In this document: in pieces, positions 10,546 through 23,101 of the stretch | Position numbering within the stretch: the stretch's first letter is position 1 | Layout: every line of letters begins with the position of its first letter | NCBI RefSeq assembly: GCF_001194135.2 | Contig: NC_068991.1 | Coordinates: forward strand, 1,094,545 to 1,126,936 | DNA from: Octopus bimaculoides | Taxonomy: Eukaryota | Direction: 5' to 3' | DNA length: 32,392 bases | Position numbers and translations under genes: made by a program | Notes under the pieces: generated by a model | Told to the model about the DNA's origin: nothing | The model's database searches: none | Seen by the model: the letters and a program-made list of their open reading frames with translations, nothing else

Positions 10546-11119
10546 ATGCACACACATATTTATATATGGGCATGTGTGCATGTATGTGCTTGTGTATCTG
10601 CATGTACAGATATATGAGGATGTAAATCTAACCAGTTTGCAAGATTGGTGGATCAATACGAATATTCGGATAAGCATGTAAGTATGCACACATGCGCATA
10701 CGCATGCGCATTATGTGTGTGCACGCGTACGTATATACATGTACGCGTGTGAGAAAAAGCGTGGTGGCGGCTGATGTCCATAAATGTATATAAAACAGAT
10801 TGAAAGGAATAGAGAGAGGAATGAAAGAATAAAGGTGAGAGGAAGGGGAGGAAGGAAGATAAGGGGGAGTGAGATAATGGATTAGCGTTTGATGTTTGCT
10901 CCTAATGAGCTGATGTTGTTGGCAGATAGAGATGAGAGAAGGGTGGATGTGGTGGCAGTTATCGTGGTTGGACATAAAAATGGTCCGTCGTCCACTTTAG
11001 AAGTGTGGATCAGCCGTTGGAACTGGGATTTAAGGTTGTGATTAGTGAGGTGACCGGTTCGCGTAATTGTTGGGTAAGAAGAGGAGGAGGAGGAGAAGGA
11101 GACGGATGGGGTAACACTA

Positions 11120-11355
11120 TTTGTAACAATAACAACAACAACAACAGCTATAAAAAGAACCATAAGTAAGGAACAACAACCATAATATTAACAACAACAA
11201 CAACAACAACAGTGATAGTAGTAACAAGAACAACAAGAACAACAAGAAGAACAACAACAACAATAATGATAATTGTAGTAAAAGAACGATCATCGGAAAA
11301 AGAAGAAAATAACAACAACAACGAAAGCAACAACAACAACAATAATAACAATAGC
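11120..11355. repeat. Degenerate (AAC)n/(AAG)n/(AAT)n tract
   Basis: Directly visible. Confidence 0.93.
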
Positions 11356-11964
11356 GAAAAAAAAACCCTACAAAAATCTCTAATATTATCCCCCCCTCCC
11401 GCGCCGCCACCTTGTCTTCCTCTTTCAACTTAACATCCAATATGGCTGTGTTCAAATGGCTTCGAATTATGCATTTCCGGTTTTGACCGGGTTTTTATTG
11501 CACCAACATACGGCAAATATGAGGCGGCGGAGTTGATGGTGGAGCCTAAATACACACAGTCAGATCAAACACACATACACGCACACACGCGCGCGCGCAC
11601 ACATACAGAGATTCACACATGCATACACACACACACATAGACAATAAGGTTTGATTTCGGGTGGAAGTATTGGGTGGGGGTTGGGGTGTCCTTCTGTTTG
11701 GAATGAACTGTCTTGTGGTCAGGAGAAAGAGAGTGAGAGAGAGAGTGAGAAAAAGGGAGAAGGGGTGTGTGTGTGAGAGAGCGAGAGAGTGAGTTCAGTT
11801 TTCTGTTCAATGTAATGTTCCTACAGCCATCTCGCGGTCATTTTTCTAGTTATGTTGTTGTTGTTGTTGGGTGTGGCTATGGCCAGAACTTGCAGATAAA
11901 AGGAATTGCTAACTATGTCGCAATTGGCGTCGGAATTGTTTCTTTTCTGCTATTGTTATAATTA

Positions 11965-12072
11965 TTGTTTAAAGCCAGGTCGAACGTGACTGAGCGAACC
12001 TTTAATTACAAAGACATTTCAACCGTGACCATCCCATGTATATCGAGGACTATATTGTCTAATGTATCCTTC
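11965..12072 (-). mobile_element. Dispersed repeat family X, copy B
   Basis: Reverse complement aligns with 185-291. Confidence 0.7.
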
Positions 12073-12171
12073 TCTTTAAAGTTGGCAAGGTTTGACTGAA
12101 GATTTGGCAGTTAATTTTAGCAGGTCAAGTAAAACCTTGGAAGTTCTCCCGTTGGCTGGAGTTCTTGCTTC

Positions 12172-12227
12172 GAGCTGGCAGAATCGTTACAGTGCCGGAC
12201 AAAATGCTTCGCCGCATTTCATCCGTC
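12172..12227 (+). mobile_element. SINE family 1, isolated 5' head
   Basis: gagctggcagaatcgttacagtgccggacaaaatgcttcgccgcatttcatccgtc is about 45/56 identical to the head of the minus-strand copy (12499-12554). Confidence 0.88.
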
Positions 12228-12325
12228 GATTTTCCTCTAACTCTATCTTCCCTATCCCGCCTTCTATCTCACCCACCTCTTTCTTCTTCTAGATTCTTCC
12301 TGTTGTTCAAAACTCCCTTATCACA

Positions 12326-12560
12326 TATTTATTTCTTTATTGTTCACAAGGGGCTAAACATAGAGGGGACAGACATGGACAGACAAAGGGATTAAGTCGA
12401 TTAGATCGACACCAGTGCCTAACTAGAACTTATTTAATCGACCCCGAAAGGATGAAAGGTAAAGTCGACCTCGGCGGAATTTGAACTCAGAACGTAACGG
12501 CGGACGAAATACCGCGAAGCATTTCGCCCGGCGTGCAAACGATTCTGCCAGCTCAACGCC
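12326..12560 (-). mobile_element. tRNA-derived SINE family 1, full-length well-preserved copy
   Basis: Minus strand: A-box-like TGGCAGAATCG, B-box GAGTTCAAATTCC, core ccgaggtcgactttacctttcatcctttcggggtcgattaaataag, A-rich end aataaagaaataaata. The Pol III internal promoter layout is typical of tRNA-derived SINEs. Confidence 0.93.
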
Positions 12561-12830
12561 CTCCCTTATCACTGATGTTGCCTGAGAATTGTGTTACGGC
12601 AACTCGTTTCTGTGGAGTACTCAGCCATCTAACTTTCAGTCGAACAACTAAATGATCATCGTCGAGGTTGACGACTGATATTGTATAATGTACTCTGCAT
12701 TTCTGAAGGCGTTAAGATGTACTCTGAGAGAGATTTGGTTGCTATTTCTAAAACTTTGAACGATAGCACAAACACTATTTCATCATATATGGCATGCGTT
12801 ATACATGGGAAAATGTCACATATATTATAC

Positions 12831-12964
12831 GGCTGTGTGGTAAGAAGTTTGCTTCTTAACCTCATGGTTCCAGGTTCAGTCCCACTGCGTGGCACCTGCA
12901 AGTATCTTCTACTATATTCTGGGGACGATAAAAAGCCTTTTGAATGGATATGATAGAGACTCCC
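12831..12964 (+). mobile_element. tRNA-derived SINE family 2
   Basis: A-box-like ggctgtgtggtaag, B-box-like ggttcagtccc, body shared with 971-1020, ending in (AT)n. Confidence 0.82.
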
Positions 12965-12996
<32 letters not shown>

Positions 12997-15328
12997 GTGT
13001 GAGTCTGTTATATATGTGCTGTGTATGTGTTTGGTGGAGGGTATTATGTCTGCTTTATTCTAAAGAGCGAAGAAACAAGTCTCTCTCACCGACGACAGCG
13101 GTTCTGCAAGAATTCGAAGATAAGATTTGATTGATGAGGTTAATGGATTTTACTAGAACAGAAAAATATAGCAAAAAAGGAACGTTCATAGATTAGTAAT
13201 TATTTGGTGGCAATGATGATGGTGCTGATAGATGAATGTGAGGAAATGTAGCCGGTCGTTTACAGAGTGGAATTCCAAAGGGATGAGATGAACACATGCT
13301 GTTTAGGGCTCAACTGGATGCTGAGATGACAGCGAGATGACAGCGAGATGTTGATGAGATAACAATCAAAGTGAGTAAAAATTGTCGGCTGCAATATTGT
13401 TAACAGACACATGTCGTCTGCTCAACAATCAGTTTTGGAGGGGAAAAAGTGAGCAAAAAAAAGAAGAAAAAAGGTGCGGAGAACAGTAAAGACCCCATTC
13501 CNNNNNNNNNNNNNNNNNNNNNNNNNNNNNNNNNNNNNNNNNNNNNNNNNNNNNNNNNNNNNNNNNNNNNNNNNNNNNNNNNNNNNNNNNNNNNNNNNNN
13601 NNNNNNNNNNNNNNNNNNNNNNNNNNNNNNNNNNNNNNNNNNNNNNNNNNNNNNNNNNNNNNNNNNNNNNNNNNNNNNNNNNNNNNNNNNNNNNNNNNNN
13701 NNNNNNNNNNNNNNNNNNNNNNNNNNNNNNNNNNNNNNNNNNNNNNNNNNNNNNNNNNNNNNNNNNNNNNNNNNNNNNNNNNNNNNNNNNNNNNNNNNNN
13801 NNNNNNNNNNNNNNNNNNNNNNNNNNNNNNNNNNNNNNNNNNNNNNNNNNNNNNNNNNNNNNNNNNNNNNNNNNNNNNNNNNNNNNNNNNNNNNNNNNNN
13901 NNNNNNNNNNNNNNNNNNNNNNNNNNNNNNNNNNNNNNNNNNNNNNNNNNNNNNNNNNNNNNNNNNNNNNNNNNNNNNNNNNNNNNNNNNNNNNNNNNNN
14001 NNNNNNNNNNNNNNNNNNNCATTATGTTATATTGTTCCTCTTTTTTTTTTCTTTTGCATATTTGCCCCCTTCAATAATTTCTTCCTCTCTGTTTCTTTAC
14101 TCTCTCTCTCTATCTTTGTGTATTTCTCTTGATATTAATATATATATATATATATATATATATGTATCTACCTATCTGTTTGTCTGTCTGTCTAATATTC
14201 TTGATACTTCATTCTCCCTCATATCCACTCTTCATCCTCTCTGTTTTCCATCTCCCTCTAACCACGTCTGTCACTTTATCTTTTTTCTCTCTCTCTCTCT
14301 CCATCCCCCTCTCTTTTCCTCCATCCATCCTCCTCTCTCTTTCTCTCTCTCTGTCTGTTCCCCTCTTATCTGTCATTATATCCGTCTCTATTTCTCTCTG
14401 TCTTTGACAATTCCACCAAACCTCTTTACTCACAGCTACACAGATGTCTATTTACACAAGCATCAACGTCTAATAGCACACACACACACACACACACACA
14501 TCAGTACATGCGTACGTGACCATGTCTGTCCTAATACATCTGGAAGCTAACTAGCTCTCTATTAACTGCAATATAATCGAAACTGCAAGCTCCTGTTTAA
14601 ATTCACCAAACAGTGGCAATTTATTTATGCTTGATAGAAAAGAACATTTTGAAAGGAAGGCTTCCACGTGACAAGCAGAAAATCTGAGAAATTCTTCACG
14701 CGTAGGCATAAATCGAAATTTCTTCAGAAAAATCTTTAACTGTACACCAAGTATCCATCAGAACCGTAAACCGCCAAAAGACACTCGGTGATATCTCTAA
14801 TCCTCCAGCAGTTTTACCTGATTACACCGGCTCCTTTATCATATCTGTCCCTCTTGTACAAGTGATACTCACACTGACCACCTCTACAGAAATCTGACGA
14901 CCTCTCATATGTGAACAACCTGCCACTCTTACATTCTCCGTAGACTTAGCACCTGACAGGAGCCGACCAATGAAAATCAAGTCATTTGACGCCTCGTACC
15001 TTTATTTCACAAATCGTTCATTTATCGCTTTGTCACCCGAGTTATTTCATGTCGAGAGAAACAGATGAGGAACGAAGTGGATGATCAACTTTGAATGAAT
15101 ATATAGAGACTGTGCCGAGTTCTGCATTTGTATGGCCAAACGCGGACGCACACCCACATTTGTTAAGATATACATTTGTATTTGCGTGTATGCGTATGTA
15201 TATGTATATATATATGTATATATGCATGTGAGTATGTATATATGCCATTATTCAGTTTATTTCAACATTTCTTGCCAATAGAGAAAGAACCGGTTTCTAA
15301 CCTAGATCCTTCATTGGGTCTTTTTGTA

Positions 15329-15329
<1 letters not shown>

Positions 15330-15406
<77 letters not shown>

Positions 15407-15420
15407 CGTGTGTGTGTACA
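15330..15420. repeat. (TG)n
   Basis: Directly visible. Confidence 0.98.
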
Positions 15421-15504
15421 TACATATACACACGCGTACACATATGTATATAGTGAACTGGAGCATGGCCACGACTTGTAATATGCTGTTTAGTAGAATC
15501 TCGT

Positions 15505-15625
15505 GAACAGCCAGAGTCGGTAGAGCATCGATAAAATGCTTTGTGACATTTGTTCCAACAGTGCTCTGAGATCAAATCCCAGCCGTGGTTCTCTTTGCGC
15601 TTCATTCTTTGATTGCTGATAAAAT
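15505..15625 (+). mobile_element. SINE family 1, old diverged fragment
   Basis: cagagtcggtagagcatcgataaaatgct...ctgagatcaaatcccagccg...ctttgcgcttcattcttt...gataaaa follows the head, B-box and core order. Confidence 0.6.
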
Positions 15626-15640
15626 CTGATGAGTGTTGGG

Positions 15641-15740
15641 CGGTGAAGTAGTGGAACTGCAAGAACGTCGGAGCGGATGCCTTACTGTACTTGCATTGGT
15701 TGTTGGCATTCTGGGTTCAAATCTTGCTTTGGCCTATTTG
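15641..15740 (+). mobile_element. SINE family 1, old diverged head
   Basis: ggcggtgaagtagtggaa...atgcctta...attctgggttcaaatcttgc follows the head through the B-box. Confidence 0.5.
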
Positions 15741-15983
15741 GGTAGACTTGACTCTTTGGCAATTCGGGTGCCTTTAGTGGAGCTTACTCAGTTGCAAACA
15801 TCTGGACGGACCAGGGTTTGGTTTGAGGATAGGACTGCGACGTTAAACGAGATCAATATCGATCTGTTTGTGTGTGGAATCCCTACAGTTGCGTACGTGT
15901 GTCATTATGTGCCTGGCAGGTGGCACACTGAGCACGTCCCCAAGTTACACAATTAGGAGAAAGAGGAGATGTTGGAGGAGGAG

Positions 15984-16021
<38 letters not shown>

Positions 16022-16959
16022 TCTAGGATTTGCACTCACAACATTTGTCAAGTAAGGTCGTTATTTGATATTTAACACCGTCCTGTAGTAATGAAGTGAA
16101 AGAGAAANNNNNNNNNNNNNNNNNNNNNNNNNNNNNNNNNNNNNNNNNNNNNNNNNNNNNNNNNNNNNNNNNNNNNNNNNNNNNNNNNNNNNNNNNNNNN
16201 NNNNNNNNNNNNNNNNNNNNNNNNNNNNNNNNNNNNNNNNNNNNNGGGGGCAGGCAAAGGCCGTTGGTGGAAGGTTCTAGTTAAAGGTCAGCTTACAGAC
16301 GATTGGTTGTTGAGTGGTCATGTGACATTTGCAACGGAAGAGTGCATTACACACATACACACACGCTCACCCGCGCACCCGCACACATTCTCTCTCTCTC
16401 GCTCTCTCTCTCTCTCACACACACAAACATACGCGCAAATCCATACCTGCATATATGTTTACGTGCGGATAAATATGTGTATATGCCTCTATATATGTAT
16501 GCGTTATCCATATATAAAGTAATTTTGCCAAGTTTGTTTTTATGTCGAATTATGATAAAAACAATTTAACATTAAAATGAAGAATTACTAAGATCTTTTT
16601 ATAAAGTCCATATTTATCATACGTTTACAAGAAGAGTTGTGATAGTAACTTCGAAGTTTCGGTCTGCTAATCCTTGTTGGATAGTCCGACGAATGGCAGC
16701 AAGCAAACCAATGACTATTTTCCTTAAAATGCCTTGGTAGACTTATCCCCTCTAGCATTGACCATTTTTTTTTACGGCGACCGGTATTTAAATTAACAGT
16801 AACCAATGTATGTTTAACGTATTAAACAGGGTAAGTTATGATTCGAGGGACGCTTGGCTATTATTTCTAGCAGATAAATCTCGTGGGCAGAGTCTCCATT
16901 GTCTGTCTGGTTACTTCATATAAACCCAAGTAAAAGAGAGGGCGCTGGAGGAGGTCAGG

Positions 16960-17190
16960 GTCTATAAACTGGCGGGTAGTTTCAATCATAAAAGTTACCC
17001 CAGCAGGGGGTTAATGCGAATGACAGCTGTACTACACTCCGTCGCCAATTACCCACGCCCAGCTTCTTACAAAGTCCGGGTACAGATGGGTAGAGCCTTT
17101 ATACTCGTCGCTTCCATGGAGACCAGAGACGACGACATTTCGCCAATGGACGTCGGCAGCAACAACAGCGCCATTTGCCACGACTCACTC
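16960..17190. promoter_or_regulatory. Candidate promoter-like CpG-rich island
   Basis: CCAAT at 17045-17049 and 17143-17147, CCACGCCC at 17053-17060, minus-strand TATAAA at 17103-17098, plus-strand TATAAA at 16963-16968, TGACAGCTG at 17021-17029. Confidence 0.3.
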
Positions 17191-17329
17191 TTCCTTTTCC
17201 TTTTCCTTTCTTTCTTTCCTTTTTGTTTGTTTCTTTCTTGTTTCTTTGTCTCTGTAATACACGCACACATACACATACGTAGATGAATGTATTTACTCTT
17301 ACACAATCCCCGACAGGTATACACACACG

Positions 17330-17362
<33 letters not shown>

Positions 17363-17949
17363 NNNNNNNNNNNNNNNNNNNNNNNNNNNNNNNNNNNNNN
17401 NNNNNNNNNNNNNNNNNNNNNNNNNNNNNNNNNNNNNNNNNNNNNNNNNNNNNNNNNNNNNNNNNNNNNNNNNNNNNNNNNNNNNNNNNNNNNNNNNNNN
17501 NNNNNNNNNNNNNNNNNNNNNNNNNNNNNNNNNNNNNNNNNNNNNNNNNNNNNNNNNNNNNNNNNNNNNNNNNNNNNNNNNNNNNNNNNNNNNNNNNNNN
17601 NNNNNNNNNNNNNNNNNNNNNNNNNNNNNNNNNNNNNNNNNNNNNNNNNNNNNNNNNNNNNNNNNNNNNNNNNNNNNNNNNNNNNNNNNNNNNNNNNNNN
17701 NNNNNNNNNNNNNNNNNNNNNNNNNNNNNNNNNNNNNNNNNNNNNNNNNNNNNNNNNNNNNNNNNNNNNNNNNNNNNNNNNNNNNNNNNNNNNNNNNNNN
17801 NNNNNNNNNNNNNNNNNNNNNNNNNNNNNNNNNNNNNNNNNNNNNNNNNNNNNNNNNNNNNNNNNNNNNNNNNNNNNNNNNNNNNNNNNNNNNNNNNNNN
17901 NNNNNNNNNNNNNNNNNNNNNNNNNNNNNNNNNNNNNNNNNNNNNNNNN

Positions 17950-18010
<61 letters not shown>

Positions 18011-18408
18011 GGAATCGACATAGAAACCACAGTTTTGCTTTTTTGCTCGATATCATTGAAGTCGACCTCAATATCATGGAAATTTGAAATTTGAGTTGCG
18101 TGTTTAATTCATTGCACAAACATGGAACACTGACATACAATACTAAGAGTCCATCAATCGTTCTAGCTCCAGACAAACCTCAGCACGTGCGTAGTTTGCC
18201 GACCGGAAGTCGGATAACTTCACATCCATGGCTTGCTGGGAAACTCTGAGTACTGTGTGTCAGTGTACGTGTATGCATGTATGTGCTTGCGCGCGAACGT
18301 GTTTTAGATATTCTTGAAAGCCAAAATCGATGCCAGATTTGGAAACTTAACAATATCGGTCTATGGTAAGTAACATTACCTGCTGTTTCAATATTTCAGG
18401 CTCCGGAA

Positions 18409-18567
18409 GGCGGCGAGCTGGCAGAAACGTTAGCACGCCGGGGGAAATGCTGAGCAGTTTTTCGTATGTCTTTACATTCTGAGTTCAAATTCCGCCGAGG
18501 TCGATTTCGACAGCCTCACTCTCCCACAAAACTTTCGGGCCTTGTGCCTGGAGTAGAAAAGAATATT
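18409..18567 (+). mobile_element. SINE family 1 copy with an internal deletion of the core
   Basis: Intact head ggcggcgagctggcagaaacgttagcacgccgg and B-box gagttcaaattccgccgaggtcga, then a jump straight to the tail (ggccttgtgcctggagtagaaaag). About 60 nt are missing relative to 28171-28325. Confidence 0.9.
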
Positions 18568-19715
18568 TCAGGTTTCGGATTCCTTCTTCAAGAAATTTAC
18601 AGAAGAAAAGAGTTGATGGTTGATTGTTCTGCTGTTCGGGTTGGACGAGACTTGACGTATCAGAGTCATGCTGCTTGGATGAGCTGATAAGAAGAAACTT
18701 GATGTCATGGCCGACTCGAAATTCACAATAAATTTGATTTCACAACAAGTTATATAATGATGTGCGCGTGTGTGTGTGTGAATGTTCTTGTAGATGGAAT
18801 CTAATGGAACATTAATAGGCCACGTAGAAGAAACAACTTATAGCCAGATGTTGTGGGTATAAAATACAATCGTTAGTTCGACAAAATGTATTTTGTTTCG
18901 TGTAAAGGCCAGAAGGAATGTTGCGTTTATTTACTTAGTGGAGGAATAGGCCGAAAAATAAATCCTACAAGAGTTAGCCAGTTTGGCGGGTGTTGGAGAA
19001 GGGGGGGGGGTTATAGAGAGTGGGGAAGGTGGTGGTGGAGTATTTATAGACGTTCGTGACGACGGGGATATAGAAAGCGTTGAAGAGAAATCTCTGATGT
19101 CAGCGAGTGTGAGGGCGATGGTGTAGGTGGGGATAGTGAGTGAGGGGGTGGATGTGGGGGAGTAAAAGCAAAGGGGGGTGAATGTCGGTGGTGATGGTCG
19201 TGGTGGTGATGGTAAAGGAAGGGGTGGAGGTGTTGAATGTTGACAAAGCTACGGATTCACATACAACACAGAACTATGTTAGACATGTAAACATTCACAC
19301 ACACACACACAGATACGAATATACCTACACACCCACACATACATACGCACGCAGAAGATCACGTACATTCAGGGGTGTGGGTGTGGGTGTCGGATGACTT
19401 TTGTTTCTTTTGTAGTTTGTTCATCTATTTTTTCGGGGNNNNNNNNNNNNNNNNNNNNNNNNNNNNNNNNNNNNNNNNNNNNNNNNNNNNNNNNNNNNNN
19501 NNNNNNNNNNNNNNNNNNNNNNNNNNNNNNNNNNNNNNNNNNNNNNNNNNNNNNNNNNNNNNNNNNNNNNNNNNNNNNNNNNNNNNNNNNNNNNNNNNNN
19601 NNNNNNNNNNNNNNNNNNNNNNNNNNNNNNNNNNNNNNNNNNNNNNNNNNNNNNNNAGGTATTGTTGAAAATGTTGATGACGATAATGTTGCTGCTGCCG
19701 CTGCTGCAGGTGAAG

Positions 19716-19717
19716 AC

Positions 19718-19770
<53 letters not shown>
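19716..19770. repeat. (GAT)n
   Basis: Directly visible. Confidence 0.97.
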
Positions 19771-19771
<1 letters not shown>

Positions 19772-20508
19772 AGTGATAAGCGTTTTAATGGAAGGGATGG
19801 TTATGTTGATAGTTTAATTGCCAATGAAGTTATAAGCAACCCTTGATAATTAGGGCTAATTATGCAAACTATGCCAGTCGTATCTGGGCTACGTTTACCA
19901 AGGTTCCAAGTCATATCTGGGCCCCATTTACCAATTAAATCCTCCGGATTTTCCTTCAGATATTGAGAAATAAACATGAAGGTCTAAATACCGGCGGCTT
20001 GTTTGGATTTCAAATCACACGATTTATCCGTAACTTTTTCTCTCCCGCGCTCTCCCTCTCTCCTTACCCCTTCTCTATCTCACTGATATATATATATATA
20101 TATATATATAGTGAGTCCAAGAATGGAGGTGGGGGTGTTGCATTTATTCCTCCAATATGATCGTTTCAGAAAAATGGTTCAGACCAAACACGATTATAAA
20201 TAATGATTATGGAATATGTTGCGATATTACATATTAATTATGTCAATGGTTTGCCTGAACCATCTATAGGTGAAACGATCGTATTGAAACAGTAACTGTA
20301 ATACCCATACCCCAATTCTAAGACTTACAGTGTAGTATTCCGTGACTAACACATTCTCCCTGGAATTTCAGTTTCTATGGAATAATTTGCTTTCAAGAAA
20401 ACTGTCCATTTCTATGCATTTGTAGGATTCAGGTAACCAATTGGCGTTCTGTATAGATAGATAGATAGATAGATATACATATACATATACATGGTGAATG
20501 GCGAATAC

Positions 20509-20563
<55 letters not shown>

Positions 20564-21142
20564 NNNNNNNNNNNNNNNNNNNNNNNNNNNNNNNNNNNNN
20601 NNNNNNNNNNNNNNNNNNNNNNNNNNNNNNNNNNNNNNNNNNNNNNNNNNNNNNNNNNNNNNNNNNNNNNNNNNNNNNNNNNNNNNNNNNNNNNNNNNNN
20701 NNNNNNNNNNNNNNNNNNNNNNNNNNNNNNNNNNNNNNNNNNNNNNNNNNNNNNNNNNNNNNNNNNNNNNNNNNNNNNNNNNNNNNNNNNNNNNNNNNNN
20801 NNNNNNNNNNNNNNNNNNNNNNNNNNNNNNNNNNNNNNNNNNNNNNNNNNNNNNNNNNNNNNNNNNNNNNNNNNNNNNNNNNNNNNNNNNNNNNNNNNNN
20901 NNNNNNNNNNNNNNNNNNNNNNNNNNNNNNNNNNNNNNNNNNNNNNNNNNNNNNNNNNNNNNNNNNNNNNNNNNNNNNNNNNNNNNNNNNNNNNNNNNNN
21001 NNNNNNNNNNNNNNCCCTTCACCCCACCCACCCCCAGACCAGCTCAGTAATGTTTGTCCATCAACACCCACTCAACTCCATAATTATATACCCCGTTGAC
21101 AACTGTAAACTGATAGCGCCGGCAGAAACCACGTGCAACACT

Positions 21143-21445
21143 GATGATGATGATGATGACGATGATGATGATGATGATGATGATGACGACGATGATGGTG
21201 ACGACGACGATGATGATGATGGTAAGGAAGAGGAGAGGAAGAGGAGAGGAAGAGGTGGAGGTGGAGGAAGATGACGATAGGAATGTTGGTAATGACGATG
21301 ATGAGGATCATGATGACGACGAGTATGATGTTGATGATGATGATGACGATGGTGACGATGATGGTGATGATGATGTTGATGATGATGATGATAAGGATGC
21401 TGATGATGATGATGGTGACGGTGATGATGTGGATTATGATGGTAA
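21143..21445. repeat. Long degenerate (GAT)n/(GAG)n tract
   Basis: Directly visible. Confidence 0.95.
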
Positions 21446-21537
21446 CTAATAATGGTATATGTGAGCCTGGGCGGGTAAAAACGACAGAGAAAAGTTGGTG
21501 AGGAAACGGGTGAGAAGGGAAAGAGGGAGGGCTAAAT

Positions 21538-21579
<42 letters not shown>

Positions 21580-21742
21580 AGAAGGACTGGAAGAGGGAGA
21601 TGTGGTAGCAGAGGTGATAGGGTGAGGTAAGAGTTGAAATGTTTTGTTTGGAATTTTCGTGAAAGAATTATTAAAATAAAGGGAATCGGAGACGTGAAGG
21701 AAGGGGCAATGACGGAACGGAAGAGGGGGAATAAGCGGTCGT

Positions 21743-21858
<116 letters not shown>

Positions 21859-23101
21859 GATTTCTTTTATTAGCCACAGGGGCCTAGATGAAGGGGACAT
21901 CACAAGGACAAACAACAATTTGTTTACGGTTTTACATAAAAGATGAGAAAGAAATGGAAAAGACGACGAGATGCGATGGAAGTATATACAACATATAAAA
22001 TATGTGATAACAAGAATGATGCAGGCGTCCTGATACAGGAGAACTCCAGCTAGGGCCAATCAAGGAATCCTAGAGATCCCTGAACAACAAAGGCACGAGC
22101 CTCCTCCCAACTGTTGCCCTTCAATCTATAGGCGCATGCTTAGAGTAGGGCCATTCACTCTAACCAGTTTCGTCAGTCACCCATCTTTTCACCAATTCAT
22201 TAGGAGTTAGCACTTGCCTCTCCACTCTCACTTTCCGTTCCAAGTGGAACTTAAAAAAGTCGATGAGAGCTTGAGCGGGGAGGAAGATGCGTTTCCTACA
22301 ACCTTTCAGCCTCGTCCACCACATGATCTCTTTCGCAACTGGACGGAGGAATATCGCCTGCTCTGCTTTTTTAATGCCGGGGGCGATCTTCACGATGGAT
22401 TCGTGCGATAAGCGTGCTCTTCCCACATGCAGTAACAACGGTTCCACAAGTCAGCAATTCTCAGAGACTGCAGGAGCGCGTGCAGAACGGTTTCGTCGCT
22501 CTGCGCGTATCTCAAACAGTCCCGTCGTCTGACAGCGCTTGTGTTCCTGTAGAGTTAATCTCGAACCGACAGTACTCCAAGCCAGGGATTTCTGGAAGTT
22601 ATCCATGGTAGTACTGGGTCTGACAGTCCTCCGAAAGACAATACCTAGACCATCCTCGAAAGCGCCAAGGGTTTCGCCCAGATTAGTAATAATCGCATTG
22701 TTGACTTGTAAGGAAAATGCAATCCTCTTTTCTACAAGAGTCCTGAAAAGGATTTCTGAGATCTGAAGAAACTTGTCGTCACCAAACCTGAGNNNNNNNN
22801 NNNNNNNNNNNNNNNNNNNNNNNNNNNNNNNNNNNNNNNNNNNNNNNNNNNNNNNNNNNNNNNNNNNNNNNNNNNNNNNNNNNNNNNNNNNNNNNNNNNN
22901 NNNNNNNNNNNNNNNNNNNNNNNNNNNNNNNNNNNNNNNNNNNNNNNNNNNNNNNNNNNNNNNNNNNNNNNNNNNNNNNNNNNNNNNNNNNNNNNNNNNN
23001 NNNNNNNNNNNNNNNNNNNNNNNNNNNNTTGTCTGAGGGTGTGTTTCTTTCCTGAAGAGCGTATGGTGTTCAGCTCTCTTTAGAGTTTCGGACCACAGCA
23101 T

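Noticed and set aside
12326-12964. tRNA genes suggested by A/B boxes
   Set aside because: No cloverleaf or acceptor stem could be formed, and the boxes are followed by multi-copy SINE bodies.
13323-13350. Tandem 11-mer gagatgacagc x2.5 containing TGACAG
   Set aside because: Ordinary short tandem duplication; the motif match is uninformative.
15633-15956. 107-aa ORF with a hydrophobic segment
   Set aside because: Its first third is a diverged SINE head, it needs a non-ATG start, and no motif is recognisable.
19846-19872. TAAT/homeodomain and octamer-like clusters (also near 2790 and 24720)
   Set aside because: TAAT-type motifs are expected frequently in AT-rich DNA.
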